From: Alphaproteobacteria bacterium
GTDB lineage: Bacteria; Pseudomonadota; Alphaproteobacteria; Caulobacterales; Parvularculaceae
Direction of reading: 5' to 3'
Assembly (NCBI GenBank): GCA_016125455.1
Contig: WGLS01000027.1
Span: forward strand, 9,954 to 73,953
DNA length: 64,000 nt
Positions 27,420-37,507 of the stretch are shown here, one piece after another; the stretch's first letter is position 1; every line of letters begins with the position of its first letter. The notes under the pieces were generated by a model, which had not been told where the DNA came from, made no database searches, and was given only the letters and a program-made list of their open reading frames with translations. The position numbers and the translations under genes are program-made.

Positions 27420-28799
27420 TCAATCCTTATCCGCAAACGGATTTTCGGGCCGCTCCAGCAACAGCCGGATCGGCACAGCCGGCAAGTCGAACGCTGCCCG
27501 CAGGGAATTGACGAGATACCGCTTGTAGCTCTCCGGCACATCCTCCGCCCTCGTGCATTTCGCGACGAAGGTAGGCGGCCGCGTCTTCACCTGAGCGATG
27601 TAACGCAGCTTGATGCGCTGGCCGGAAACCGCTGGCGGCGGGTGCCGCGCAATCGCGTCCTGAAGCCACCTATTGAGGTCCGGCGTCTTGATGCGCGCAT
27701 TCCAGTCGACATAGACCTTCGTCACCGCGGGCATCAGCTTCTCGACGGAGCGCCCGGTAAGGCCTGACAGGAAGACGAGCGGCGCGTCCGGCGCCTGGGG
27801 CAGGAGACGCGCAGCCATTTCCTTCAGTCGCGGGGCCTCTGCATTCTTGTCCTCGACAAGGTCCCACTTATTGACGCCGATGACGAGCGCCCGCCCTTCT
27901 CGCAGCGCGAAATCGGCGATCTGGAGGTCCTGCTTCTCAAACGGCGTCTCTGCGTCAATCAACAGCACGACGACTTCTGCGAATCGAACGGCCCGCAATG
28001 CGTCGAACACGGACATCTTTTCCAGTTTCGACTGAACCTTGGCCTTCTTGCGCATGCCCGCCGTGTCGAAGAGCTTGATCGGCCAGTCGCGATCGGGCCC
28101 CTGCCAGCGAAGCTCGACAGAGATTGAGTCGCGCGTGATGCCAGCCTCCGGGCCGGTGAGAAGCCGATCCTTGCCGATCAGTCGGTTTGCAAGGGTCGAC
28201 TTGCCGGCATTTGGCCGGCCAACGATCGCGACGCGCAGGGGCTTGCGCGGGTCGTCCCAGTCGATCTCTTCCTCAGAATCAGCGGCGGCCTCATGGGCGG
28301 CGATGATCGGCTCCAGCGCCGTGAACAGTTCGGCGAGCCCTTGCCCGTGTTCAGCGGAGAAGGCGATCGGTTCGCCAAGGCCAAGCTCCCACGCCTCGGT
28401 GAGGCCGGGGTCGGCGGCCGAGCTTTCAGCCTTGTTGCCAAGCAACAGGACAGGCTTGCCGCTCGCCCGGGCCAGCGTCGCAAATGACCGGTCGAGGCTG
28501 GTCAGGCCCGCCCGGGCATCAATGACGAAGATGATCGCAGTCGCTTCGGCAATGGCCGCTTCGGACTGGGCGCGCATCCGACCTTCGAGCGCGCCGGCGG
28601 GTGCGTCTTCGAGGCCCGGCGTGTCGACAGCCACGAATCTCAGGTCGCCCACGCTCGCATCGCCTTCGCGTCGGTCGCGCGTGACCCCCGGCGTATCGTC
28701 GACGATGGCAAGCTTGCGGCCGACGAGCCGGTTGAAGAGCGTCGACTTGCCCACATTTGGCCGTCCGACGATGGCAATTTTCGCCAGGCCCGGTTCCAC
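27420..28799 (-). CDS. der: Ribosome-biogenesis GTPase Der (EngA)
   Basis: Two GTPase domains ([16 protein letters not shown] and [16 protein letters not shown]), DTAG/NKxD motifs and a KH-like C-terminus. Confidence 0.95.
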   Translation of the reverse strand: MEPGLAKIAIVGRPNVGKSTLFNRLVGRKLAIVDDTPGVTRDRREGDASVGDLRFVAVDTPGLEDAPAGALEGRMRAQSEAAIAEATAIIFVIDARAGLTSLDRSFATLARASGKPVLLLGNKAESSAADPGLTEAWELGLGEPIAFSAEHGQGLAELFTALEPIIAAHEAAADSEEEIDWDDPRKPLRVAIVGRPNAGKSTLANRLIGKDRLLTGPEAGITRDSISVELRWQGPDRDWPIKLFDTAGMRKKAKVQSKLEKMSVFDALRAVRFAEVVVLLIDAETPFEKQDLQIADFALREGRALVIGVNKWDLVEDKNAEAPRLKEMAARLLPQAPDAPLVFLSGLTGRSVEKLMPAVTKVYVDWNARIKTPDLNRWLQDAIARHPPPAVSGQRIKLRYIAQVKTRPPTFVAKCTRAEDVPESYKRYLVNSLRAAFDLPAVPIRLLLERPENPFADKD

Positions 28800-28878
28800 C
28801 GTCCCGCTCCAGAAATAAGACGCATGCGGCCTACCGCAGGGGCGGGCGACGCCGCCCTGAAGCTCAAGGCCGCCGGGG

Positions 28879-30315
28879 TCAGTTGAATGCGTAGAGTTTG
28901 CCCTCTTCGCTCAGCACGAAGAATTTCTCGTCAGCAACGATCGGCGGCACAATCGAACCGCCGTCAAATTTTTTGGTTTCGACAATCTCGCCGTCGCGCG
29001 CCTGCACCTTGGCGATCTCGCCCTCGGTCGACACGAGCATCAGATGGTCGCCGGCGAGCACTGGCCCAGCCCAGGCGATCCGCCCCTTCTTCTTTTTTTC
29101 GTTCTGGTATCGCTGCAGCTGGGTGATCCAGATAATCGCGCCCTCGGTGCGCGAAAGGCAAACGAGTTCGCCGTCAATCGAGACGACAAACAGGTACTCG
29201 CCGGCGACCCAGGGCATCTGAAGGCCGGCGATCGGCGATTCCCATACCCGGCCGCCAGTGCGGATATCGATGGCGGTCAGCCTGCCTGCGTGGCTAACGA
29301 CGTAGACAAGCCCGCGGTCGATCACCGGGCTGCCGGCAATATCGTTCAGCGTCGCCAGCGCGGTCAGGTTCGCCGAACGCGACAACGTGTCGTTCCACAC
29401 CGGACGCCCTGAATTCGACAGGAAAGCGACGACCTCTCCGGAGGAGAATGGCGCAACGACAAGATCGCCGGCCGCCGCCGGGCTCGCCGAAGAAAGAATT
29501 CGCGCCGTTTCCTCAAATGACTGGAAGCCCCAGAGACGCTCGCCGGTCGCTTCGTCCAGCGCAAGCAGCTCATTGGTGATCGTGACGAGAAACACCGCGC
29601 CGCGGTGAGCCGTTGGAGGCGTGCGGACCGGCGCCGTTGTTTCGTATTTCCAGGCGAGCTCGCCCGTTTCGGCGTCCAGCGCGGCAACAAATCCAAACCC
29701 GGACGTTACAAAGACCCGACCATTGTCATAGGCGACGCCGCCGCCGAAACCGATCTCGGCGGGATTTGGCCGCGACAGAATATCCCTGATACGGAATTTC
29801 TCGTTGATCTCTGGCGTCAGCTCGTTTTCCCAGAGTCTTTCGCCTGTATTGATGTCGAGCGCCGATACGACCGCTTCGGCGTCGGTGACGAAAATCCGTC
29901 CGTCAGCTGCGACCGGCGGCGAGGTAAGGCGCGCGCGCCGCGGCGAAGCTTCCCCAATGTCGGCAGTCCACAGGCGCTTCATCGTCAGGCCGGCGCTGAG
30001 ATGGTGCAGCGTGTGGTCCGCCTCGCCGCCGGGTTGCGGCCAGGAAAGGTTTGTGTACGACGGCGGCACCTCGACCGTTAGGCCGGCGTAGCGGGGATCG
30101 GCCTGCAATGTTTCCTCGAAGGTCAGGATCGAAAGCCGGTCCTCGTCCTTCGCCGCTTCTTCGGTCTGTTCCTCATCGTCGTCGCCATCGCCGCCGAACA
30201 CCCCGGCGACAGCGCCGAGCGGTCCTGATGAACAGGCGCCAAGGCCAAGCGCCGCAACCGCGACCGTCCCGGCGCGAATGCCGACGAACCAATTCAAGAC
30301 GTCGCTTAGGCGCAT
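28879..30315 (-). CDS. bamB: Outer-membrane protein assembly factor BamB (PQQ-like beta-propeller lipoprotein)
   Basis: Start trimmed to the ATG at 30315 ([10 protein letters not shown]...ALGLGACSS lipobox). Repeated beta-propeller blades (G..W.....). Conserved position upstream of der. Confidence 0.8.
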   Translation of the reverse strand: MRLSDVLNWFVGIRAGTVAVAALGLGACSSGPLGAVAGVFGGDGDDDEEQTEEAAKDEDRLSILTFEETLQADPRYAGLTVEVPPSYTNLSWPQPGGEADHTLHHLSAGLTMKRLWTADIGEASPRRARLTSPPVAADGRIFVTDAEAVVSALDINTGERLWENELTPEINEKFRIRDILSRPNPAEIGFGGGVAYDNGRVFVTSGFGFVAALDAETGELAWKYETTAPVRTPPTAHRGAVFLVTITNELLALDEATGERLWGFQSFEETARILSSASPAAAGDLVVAPFSSGEVVAFLSNSGRPVWNDTLSRSANLTALATLNDIAGSPVIDRGLVYVVSHAGRLTAIDIRTGGRVWESPIAGLQMPWVAGEYLFVVSIDGELVCLSRTEGAIIWITQLQRYQNEKKKKGRIAWAGPVLAGDHLMLVSTEGEIAKVQARDGEIVETKKFDGGSIVPPIVADEKFFVLSEEGKLYAFN

Positions 30316-30319
30316 GGGA

Positions 30320-31267
30320 CTATCGCTCCTCTTCGGCCGGCGCATCTTCGCCCGGCGCTTCGTCGCTTTCGCCCCCGGTATCGTCCGAGTCCACGGCCGC
30401 CGCCCCATCTTCGCCCGTCATTGCGTCAGCAGGGGCGTCATCGCCCCCCTGATCGGCGCTTTCATGTGCGTCGGCGTCATCCTCAGCGTGATCGTGGCCT
30501 TCATGGTCCTGTTCGGTTGCCGGCGCATCGTCGAAAGCGGACGTAAGATCCGCTCCGATCGACCGGACGACGTCGGCGGCGGACTGAGGCGCGGGCCATG
30601 TCAGGCCTTCGCCTGCCGCCGCCGCGTTGGCGAGCGCCCCGAATTCGCGCGCGCGCGTGCGCACCCCTTCGGGCGTTCGCGGGTTCGTCACCGCATCGGC
30701 AAACAGCGACCCGGCCGTCTGATAATCCCCGTCCTTCAGGGCAGCGAGCGCCAGGGCCTCGCGCGCGAAAAATCCAAGCGGCGTTTCATCCGTTTCCAGT
30801 TCGCCGACTTCTGCGATGACTGCATCGCGGCCGTCATCGAGCGCCAGGTGGGCGGCTCGGATCCGCGCAAGGTCGCGCAACCGCGCCGGCACGGCGCGAT
30901 CCGCGTAGATGTCGCTATACAGCTTGCGCGCGGCGTCGCTCTGGCCTGAAGACGCTAGCCCCGCGGCGATTCGGAACTGGGCGAGCCCGGCATAGCCGTC
31001 AGGCGCGTCTTCGGCGAACCGCTGAAGGCGGACCGTGCGTTCGGCCGGCGACGCCGCTTCATCCGACAGCACATCCTGATAGCGACGCGACGCGTCGTTC
31101 GCCGCGTTCTGACGGTTCGTGTCGTAGAACTGATACCCGGCGACCCCAAGGACGATCGCTGCGGCGCCGCCAAGGATCAGCGGCATCCGCTTCTCTATGG
31201 ATCGCCGGAAATCGTCTTCGGCGAGCCCTTCATCGACCTCTCTCAGCAAGCCTTCGTCGTTCGACAC
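30320..31267 (-). CDS. YfgM-like TPR membrane protein with acidic C-terminal tail
   Basis: One TM segment (MPLILGGAAAIVLGVAGYQFY) followed by a TPR-like region. Conserved position upstream of bamB-der. GTG start. Confidence 0.55.
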   Translation of the reverse strand: MSNDEGLLREVDEGLAEDDFRRSIEKRMPLILGGAAAIVLGVAGYQFYDTNRQNAANDASRRYQDVLSDEAASPAERTVRLQRFAEDAPDGYAGLAQFRIAAGLASSGQSDAARKLYSDIYADRAVPARLRDLARIRAAHLALDDGRDAVIAEVGELETDETPLGFFAREALALAALKDGDYQTAGSLFADAVTNPRTPEGVRTRAREFGALANAAAAGEGLTWPAPQSAADVVRSIGADLTSAFDDAPATEQDHEGHDHAEDDADAHESADQGGDDAPADAMTGEDGAAAVDSDDTGGESDEAPGEDAPAEEER

Positions 31268-31387
31268 TGGTCTATCGTCTCTTGTTGTCTTTCGCCGACT
31301 AATGACGGCGCGCGGATCACGGGAAACCGCGTGGTACCGGCCTTTAAGCCGTGGCGCAACGATCCGTAATCATCGCGCGGCGCAGGA

Positions 31388-32272
31388 TCAGCCCGCTTGC
31401 TTGGCGGCATCGAACCGGTAGAGCTGCGCCGCGCCAGGAAAGCGCCTTGCGCGAACGTCGTCAGCATAGGCCGCGACCGCCCGGTCGATGTCCGCGCGCA
31501 GGTCGGCGTACCGCTTGACGAATTTGGGCGTCCATTCGAACAGGCCGAGCATATCTTCGGTGACAAGTATCTGGCCGTCGCAATGGGGCGACGCGCCAAT
31601 GCCGATGGTCGGCGGTGCGATCCGGTCAGTAATCTCCCGCGCCAGCTCTTCGGCGACGCCCTCCACCACAACGGCGAACGCGCCGGCTTCGGCAGTCGCG
31701 ACCGCCTCGGCGATGATCGCTGAGCGCTCTTCTTCGGTCCGACCCTTCGCCTTGAAGCCTGACAGGTGCACGGCCTGCGGCCTGAGGCCGACATGGCCCA
31801 TGACCGGGACGCCGCGCTGAACCAGGAACGCTACGGCCGCCGCCGCGTGCACCCCGCTTTCCAGCTTGACCGCCTGGGCGCCGGTTTCCTGCAGGACGCG
31901 TGAGGCCGTTTCAAATGCCTGCTGGGGACTAGCTTCATATGATCCGAACGGCAGGTCGACGACGACCAGCGCCGACCGCGCGGTCCGCATGACCGCCTTG
32001 CCATGCATGATCATCATGTCCACCGTCACTCCGACTGTTGACGGCAGACCGTGGACCACCATGCCGACGGAGTCCCCGACCAGCAGGAGGTCGCAGTGGT
32101 GGTCGAGGATCGCCGCCATTGGCGCGTCGTACGCCGTCAGGCAGACGACCGGGTCCCCGCCCTTGCGCGCAGCTATGTCGGCCGCCGTAACGCGTCCCTG
32201 ACGCTTGGGCGGCGAGGCGGGCGCAGGGTTTGGGTCGCCTGCCGGCAAGTTGGCGGGTTCCTGGCGCGACAT
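31388..32272 (-). CDS. panB: 3-methyl-2-oxobutanoate hydroxymethyltransferase
   Basis: CLTAYDAPMAAILD...LLVGDSVGMVVHG...GAQAVKLE...GHVGLRPQ. Confidence 0.9.
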   Translation of the reverse strand: MSRQEPANLPAGDPNPAPASPPKRQGRVTAADIAARKGGDPVVCLTAYDAPMAAILDHHCDLLLVGDSVGMVVHGLPSTVGVTVDMMIMHGKAVMRTARSALVVVDLPFGSYEASPQQAFETASRVLQETGAQAVKLESGVHAAAAVAFLVQRGVPVMGHVGLRPQAVHLSGFKAKGRTEEERSAIIAEAVATAEAGAFAVVVEGVAEELAREITDRIAPPTIGIGASPHCDGQILVTEDMLGLFEWTPKFVKRYADLRADIDRAVAAYADDVRARRFPGAAQLYRFDAAKQAG

Positions 32273-32377
32273 TGGCGGCTCCCGTTTGCGGACCTGAGGC
32301 GTGGATATAGGGGTTAGGAGGCCCCGACGCCAGCGCCGGCAAAACCTCGGGCGGCCGCTCTTCCTAGCCCCCGCGCG

Positions 32378-32935
32378 TCAGCGCAGCGCGACGCCGGCAA
32401 TATAGGGATGAAGGAACATGTAGACGGCAAACCAGCCGACAACGCCGACAATGACCGCAATTGCGTCATTCCTGAACGGCCCGGCCGCCGGCGTCGGCTC
32501 GCCGCGCCGCTTTACCGCAATCCGGTCGGCGACGGCGTAGGCGAGGAATGCCCCGAAAAGCAGGACAGACCGTACGTCGCCGTTCGCCAGAAGGTGGCCA
32601 AAGGCCCAAAGCTTCACGCCGGCAAGCATGGGATGCTTCAGCGCCGCCTTGATGCGGCCAGCCGGCAAATAAGCCGAAGCAAGGCTGATGAACGCGAGCA
32701 GGACCAGCAGATAGGCGACATGGCGCAGCCAGTAGGGCGGCGAATAAAGCGGCGTCGTCGGCGCGGCGGACCAGCCGATGACGATCAACGCAAAGCCGGC
32801 GAGCGACGCAAGCGAGTAAATCCCCTTGTAGCCAGCTTCGCCGAACCGCTTGAGGAGACCCGCCCGCGCGCCCCGGGCGAAAGCGGTAAGGCCGTGAACG
32901 CCGAAGAATATAATCAGTCCAAGGATAAAAATCAT
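32378..32935 (-). CDS. NnrU-family membrane protein
   Basis: MIFILGLIIFFGVHG...KHPMLAGVKLWAFGHLLANGD..SVLLFGAFLAYA. Start trimmed to the ATG at 32935 to avoid overlap with apt. Confidence 0.8.
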   Translation of the reverse strand: MIFILGLIIFFGVHGLTAFARGARAGLLKRFGEAGYKGIYSLASLAGFALIVIGWSAAPTTPLYSPPYWLRHVAYLLVLLAFISLASAYLPAGRIKAALKHPMLAGVKLWAFGHLLANGDVRSVLLFGAFLAYAVADRIAVKRRGEPTPAAGPFRNDAIAVIVGVVGWFAVYMFLHPYIAGVALR

Positions 32936-32963
32936 GGGGGACGGCTCCGGTCGTGATGCGCCC

Positions 32964-33491
32964 TCAGGCGCCTTCAAAGGCCATCAGGGAGGCGACCGAA
33001 TGCCCGAGACCGCGCAGCAAGTCGGCGCCGCCAAGGTCCGGCAGGTCGATCACGAACGAACACAGGACGATCTCGCCGCCCACTTTCTCAATAAGCCGGA
33101 CGCCTGCAGCGGCGGTGCCGCCTGTTGCAATCAGGTCGTCAACAAGAAGAACCTTGTCGCCCGCCTCGATTGCATCGACGTGGATTTCAACCTCGTCCTC
33201 GCCATATTCCAGGATATACTTCTCTCCGATCGTCGCGGAGGGCAACTTGCCTTTCTTCCGCATGGGAACAAAGCCGACGGAAAGCTGGTGGGCGACCGCG
33301 CCGCCGAGGATAAAGCCTCGCGCTTCGATGCCGACGACCTTGTCGATCTTCTCGCCCGCGAGAGGCTGCACCATTTCGTCAACCACGCGCCGGAATGCGC
33401 GCGCATCCGCCAGCAAGGTGGTAATATCGCGGAACATGATCCCCTTCTTGGGGTAGTCTGGGATCGTCCGTACAGTTGCTTTAAGGTCCAT
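32964..33491 (-). CDS. apt: Adenine phosphoribosyltransferase
   Basis: [27 protein letters not shown]...[14 protein letters not shown]. Start trimmed to the ATG at 33491. Confidence 0.95.
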   Translation of the reverse strand: MDLKATVRTIPDYPKKGIMFRDITTLLADARAFRRVVDEMVQPLAGEKIDKVVGIEARGFILGGAVAHQLSVGFVPMRKKGKLPSATIGEKYILEYGEDEVEIHVDAIEAGDKVLLVDDLIATGGTAAAGVRLIEKVGGEIVLCSFVIDLPDLGGADLLRGLGHSVASLMAFEGA

Positions 33492-33563
33492 GGGCCTCGC
33501 CGATCGGTCGGTCGCGAGACCATCGCCCATTCGCGCGGACCGCACAAGCCGGCGCCGAACGGC

Positions 33564-35048
33564 CTACTTGGTCAACGAGATTTCCTGAAGGTACATGGTG
33601 ATGCTGGCAAATGCATCGGCCAGGCGGTCGGCGTCTGTCGCATCGAAATAGCTGTCGGCGTTGGCGGCGCAGCGCCGCAGCATGTCGCGCGTAGCAGTAT
33701 CGGAGACCTCGAACGCGATCGTGAAGAGCATGATGCCCTCTTTCTTGATGTTGTCGCACGCTTCGTCGACCAGATCGTTGGACAGCGAGGCGTTAGACCC
33801 CCGGTGTTCAGGGTAGTCTGGCGATCTCGTGTTCTCGCCGTCGGTCATCAGGACGATCGCCTTGACGCCACGCGCGCTTAGGCCTGTGCCGAAATCTTCG
33901 CCCTCGCTGAAGGGCGCCTGCATTGAAACAAGGCGGTGGCCCCAGGCGAGGCCAGCGGGAATATAGGTGCTGCCGTCCGCGGACAGGTTGCTTATGGCGG
34001 ATTGCACCTGGCCGTGGTTGGCGGTCAGCGGCGTAAGCTCCGGGCCGCAGGTAACGTTCATGAGGCCCGGCGCCGGCGTCACGTCGAAATCCTTGTCCTC
34101 GACATTCAGGGGATGGTCGCGCGATCCGACGCAGCCATGGAACTTGAAGTCGGTATAGGCGATCTCGCATTGCTCAACCGGCGCGCCGCGATTTTCGTCG
34201 CAAACTTCCCGTTGGCATTGGTACTCGCGAGTGGACTCGTCGCAGACGCGCGTGGTGCAGGAATAGCTCGAAGTTACGCCGTCAGTCGTGCGCGAGCATG
34301 TTCGCGTCTGATTCCGGCAGTTGGTGCGTTCGGTCTCGGTGCACGTATCCGTCACTGTCCGACAGTTCGTGCGCGTCGCGTTCGGATAGGTCGTGCGGCA
34401 GACGTTGCGCGGCTCGCGGTAGTCGGCCGGCACGTTCATCCAAGGTTCGTTGCGCCGGGAAACGCCGACATTGACGTACTGGGCGAAGGGCACGACGCCG
34501 ACCTTGGCGTTGGCGTTCGGGCCGGTCATGAGATCGCGGGCCATATCCCTCGCCGCATCCTTGAGGGCGGATAGCTTGGCGCCTTCCATCGAACCGGTGG
34601 TGTCGAGAACGAGCGCAACCTCCAGCGGACGCGGCGGCTGGGCGTTTGCTTCCGAGTAGGTATTGATGGGCAAGGTCTTCTTGCCGATCACACCAAGGAA
34701 CATGGTCGGCATGTCGGCGCCCGCGGTAACGGAGAACTTTGATTGCCCGCCATCGAGCTGGAAATCGAACGAGACAACAGCAACGCCATAGTCGTCGCCG
34801 AGGTGGGCGTCGAAGTATCGACGCGCGATCGCTTCCGCTTCCGTTTCGGTCAGGGATGGGTCAACCATCATGGCGCGCCCGCCGGCAAGGACGGCGGCGT
34901 CGGCCGCTTCATTCATCATGGTGCGGGCGAAGTAGGCCCGGCCGCCGTCGATCGCCATGCCGGTCACCAGCAAAAGGGGCACAAGCGCGATCGCGAACAT
35001 CATCGCAACGTTGCCTTCACGGCTGCAGCAGAATTGGCCTACCACCAC
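33564..35048 (-). CDS. TadE/TadG-like N-terminus plus von Willebrand factor A domain protein with a Cys/Thr-rich insert
   Basis: GNVAMMFAIALVPLLLVTGMAIDGGRAY is TadE/G-like. LEVALVLDTTGSMEG is a VWA MIDAS motif (DxTxS). The insert has 11 Cys at residues 217-306. GTG start with AAAGGA SD. Confidence 0.75.
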   Translation of the reverse strand: MVVGQFCCSREGNVAMMFAIALVPLLLVTGMAIDGGRAYFARTMMNEAADAAVLAGGRAMMVDPSLTETEAEAIARRYFDAHLGDDYGVAVVSFDFQLDGGQSKFSVTAGADMPTMFLGVIGKKTLPINTYSEANAQPPRPLEVALVLDTTGSMEGAKLSALKDAARDMARDLMTGPNANAKVGVVPFAQYVNVGVSRRNEPWMNVPADYREPRNVCRTTYPNATRTNCRTVTDTCTETERTNCRNQTRTCSRTTDGVTSSYSCTTRVCDESTREYQCQREVCDENRGAPVEQCEIAYTDFKFHGCVGSRDHPLNVEDKDFDVTPAPGLMNVTCGPELTPLTANHGQVQSAISNLSADGSTYIPAGLAWGHRLVSMQAPFSEGEDFGTGLSARGVKAIVLMTDGENTRSPDYPEHRGSNASLSNDLVDEACDNIKKEGIMLFTIAFEVSDTATRDMLRRCAANADSYFDATDADRLADAFASITMYLQEISLTK

Positions 35049-35085
35049 GGCATCCTTTCACGCGTTTTTCCGAAATTGCTCGCAA

Positions 35086-37113
35086 ATGTTTAAGAACAAA
35101 CAAAATCAATCAGTTAAGATAGCATTTACCATCGGCGCGATGGTCCTGTTGGCCGGCTGCGGCGATGCCCCGACCGAGGGGCGCGATGCCGACAACGCCG
35201 ATGGCGTGACATTGGCGGCTGGCCGGACGCCCGGCATTGATGTCGGAACAATCAATCGCGCCATCCGGCCCGGCGAGGATTTTGCCGCCCATGCAAATGG
35301 CCGGCGCGCGGCCGGCCCGTCGCCATTCGGGATGGCGCGCCAGGCGGCGGTCGCAACGACAATCAGTTCGCTCGAAGAAGCGGCCGGCGGCGATGCGACA
35401 ACGCCTGCGGCCGTCGCGGCGGCGAGAGTCAGCGCGTGCATGGCGTTGGCTGCGATCGACGCAAGCGGATTCGCGCCATTCGCCGCGCCGCTGGCCGAAT
35501 TGCGCGCCATCTCAACAATGGAAGACCTCGCGCGGGTATTTGCGGATCCTGGACTCGCGCCCCTCGCGCCATTCGCATTCTACATCGCGGACGCGCCAGC
35601 TTCGGGCCCGGAGGCGGCGATCGCCCCGCGGCTCCATATCGCCCAGAACGGTCTCGGCCTCTCGGATCGCATGGCGTATCTCGATCCGGCTCGCTTTGAG
35701 GAACGAACGCGTTACGGCGACTATCTGACGACGCTACTCGAAATGGCGGCTGCGCCTGACGCGGCCGCCGCCGCAGAGGCAGTGCTTGATCTCGAGACCG
35801 CGATCGCAACGCGGCACTGGACCGAAGCAAAGGCTGCGTCCCGAGACCTGTCGCATCGACCGGCGACGCTGGCGTCGTTGGCAGCGATTGCGCCGGGGTT
35901 CGCCTGGCGGGCGTGGACGGACGCGCTCGGCGTGTCAGAAGTCAACGACGTCGTACTGCGCGAGGACACCGCCCTTGCCGCGCTCGCAATGCTGGTCGCT
36001 GAAACGCCGGTTGAAACATGGCGCGCGTACCTGGTCGCCCATTTTCTTGACGCCTATGCAGGCATCGGACCCCAGGCCCTGCGCGCGGCGAGCGCCGAAT
36101 TCGCAGGCCGGTCCCTGGATGACCTTGAAGCGCCGGCGGCGCGGGCCGACGCCTGCCTTGAACGCAACCGTGATCTCGTTGTCGCCACGGCTGGCGATTT
36201 GATCAGTTGGCGGATCGCTCCAACGGACGTGCGCGCCGCGTCGGATACTCTTGCCTGGGACGTGCGCGCGGCCGTCGAAGACCGGCTGTCCGCGTCCGAC
36301 CAGCTGACGGAAACCGCCAGGGTCGAAGCGACGAGAAAACTTGCGGCGCTTACGATACTGGTTGGCGACATGCCAGAACCAGGTCAGGGCGGCCCACGGT
36401 CGACGCTGGCCAGCGCGCCAGGCCAGAGCCTGCTCGTGGACGCAATCGAAACCAGTCGCTGGGCATGGCGACAGGCCGCAACGCGGCTGGAAGCGAGCGG
36501 CGACCGGCGAGCGCCGGCGTGGCGCCCGGCCCCGTGGGAACCGACGGCGGTCTACGACCCTGCAAGCAATACGGTTATGATCAGCGCGGCGCTGTTGCAG
36601 CCACCGTTCTTTGACCCGAACGCGACGCCGGCGGCGAACTTCGGCGCGCTCGGCGCGATCATCGGCCACGAAGTCGCCCACGCCTTCGATGCGCAAGGCC
36701 GTCTGGTCGATGCGGAAGGGCGAATGAATGCGTGGTGGTCGGAGGAAGACTCATCCCGATGGGCCCACGCGGCAGCGCTGATCGCGGCGTCGTCCGGCGA
36801 CGCTGGCGAAGCGGTCTCGACGGAAAGCTTCAACGGCGCGAGCGAGGATTTAGCCGACCTCGCCGGACTTGCGGCGGCCCATGACGCCTGGCGGGCGCGC
36901 AGCGCCCGGGATGGCGGGCCGGACGCCGTAGCGGGCATCGACGGCGCGCAGGTCTTTTTCCTGGCGTGGGCCCAACTCTGGCGCGGTGGCGGCGATCAGT
37001 TTACTCGCGCGTCGCTGGCGCCGCGTCACCTTTCGGCATGGTATGACGCCTTCAGCATAGACGATTCCGACGGTGAGTACGTTCCGCCGACTGAACGGGC
37101 AAAGGCTTGGTAG
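35086..37113 (+). CDS. M13-family zinc metallopeptidase (PepO/endothelin-converting-enzyme-like) lipoprotein
   Basis: Start trimmed to the ATG at 35086 (MFKNKQNQSVKIAFTIGAMVLLAGCGD lipobox). GAIIGHEVAHAFD carries HExxH. NGASEDLADLAG corresponds to the ExxxD zinc-ligand region. Confidence 0.85.
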   Translation: MFKNKQNQSVKIAFTIGAMVLLAGCGDAPTEGRDADNADGVTLAAGRTPGIDVGTINRAIRPGEDFAAHANGRRAAGPSPFGMARQAAVATTISSLEEAAGGDATTPAAVAAARVSACMALAAIDASGFAPFAAPLAELRAISTMEDLARVFADPGLAPLAPFAFYIADAPASGPEAAIAPRLHIAQNGLGLSDRMAYLDPARFEERTRYGDYLTTLLEMAAAPDAAAAAEAVLDLETAIATRHWTEAKAASRDLSHRPATLASLAAIAPGFAWRAWTDALGVSEVNDVVLREDTALAALAMLVAETPVETWRAYLVAHFLDAYAGIGPQALRAASAEFAGRSLDDLEAPAARADACLERNRDLVVATAGDLISWRIAPTDVRAASDTLAWDVRAAVEDRLSASDQLTETARVEATRKLAALTILVGDMPEPGQGGPRSTLASAPGQSLLVDAIETSRWAWRQAATRLEASGDRRAPAWRPAPWEPTAVYDPASNTVMISAALLQPPFFDPNATPAANFGALGAIIGHEVAHAFDAQGRLVDAEGRMNAWWSEEDSSRWAHAAALIAASSGDAGEAVSTESFNGASEDLADLAGLAAAHDAWRARSARDGGPDAVAGIDGAQVFFLAWAQLWRGGGDQFTRASLAPRHLSAWYDAFSIDDSDGEYVPPTERAKAW

Positions 37114-37507
37114 AGGCGGCAAAAAGTGCGCAATTTACGGGCAATGTGTGGCGAATTGGTCCCATCCGCCGCGATTTCCGTTTGAACCCATGGCAGCGGC
37201 CCTGCGTTCGTTTGACTTGACAATTCGATCGGCCTACCCCGCCGTCGATCGAGCGCGTTCGCTCGATCTGCTTTCGCACGTCGCCACGGCAATCTTCCCG
37301 GCGATCGAGGAGCAACCGCTGCGTAAGGCCATTGCCCGGACGCGGCGCGATACGAACACGAGATGACGGCGCCGGAACGAATGGCGCTGACAATGCCTCG
37401 ACCGAGGGCGGTCGGGGCGCGCGCGGCGGGCGACCTTCGCGCACTGTACGCCAATCGTAAGCAGACGTCGGCGCCGCGAAGCCGACATGAAACCGGCCAG
37501 GAACCGA

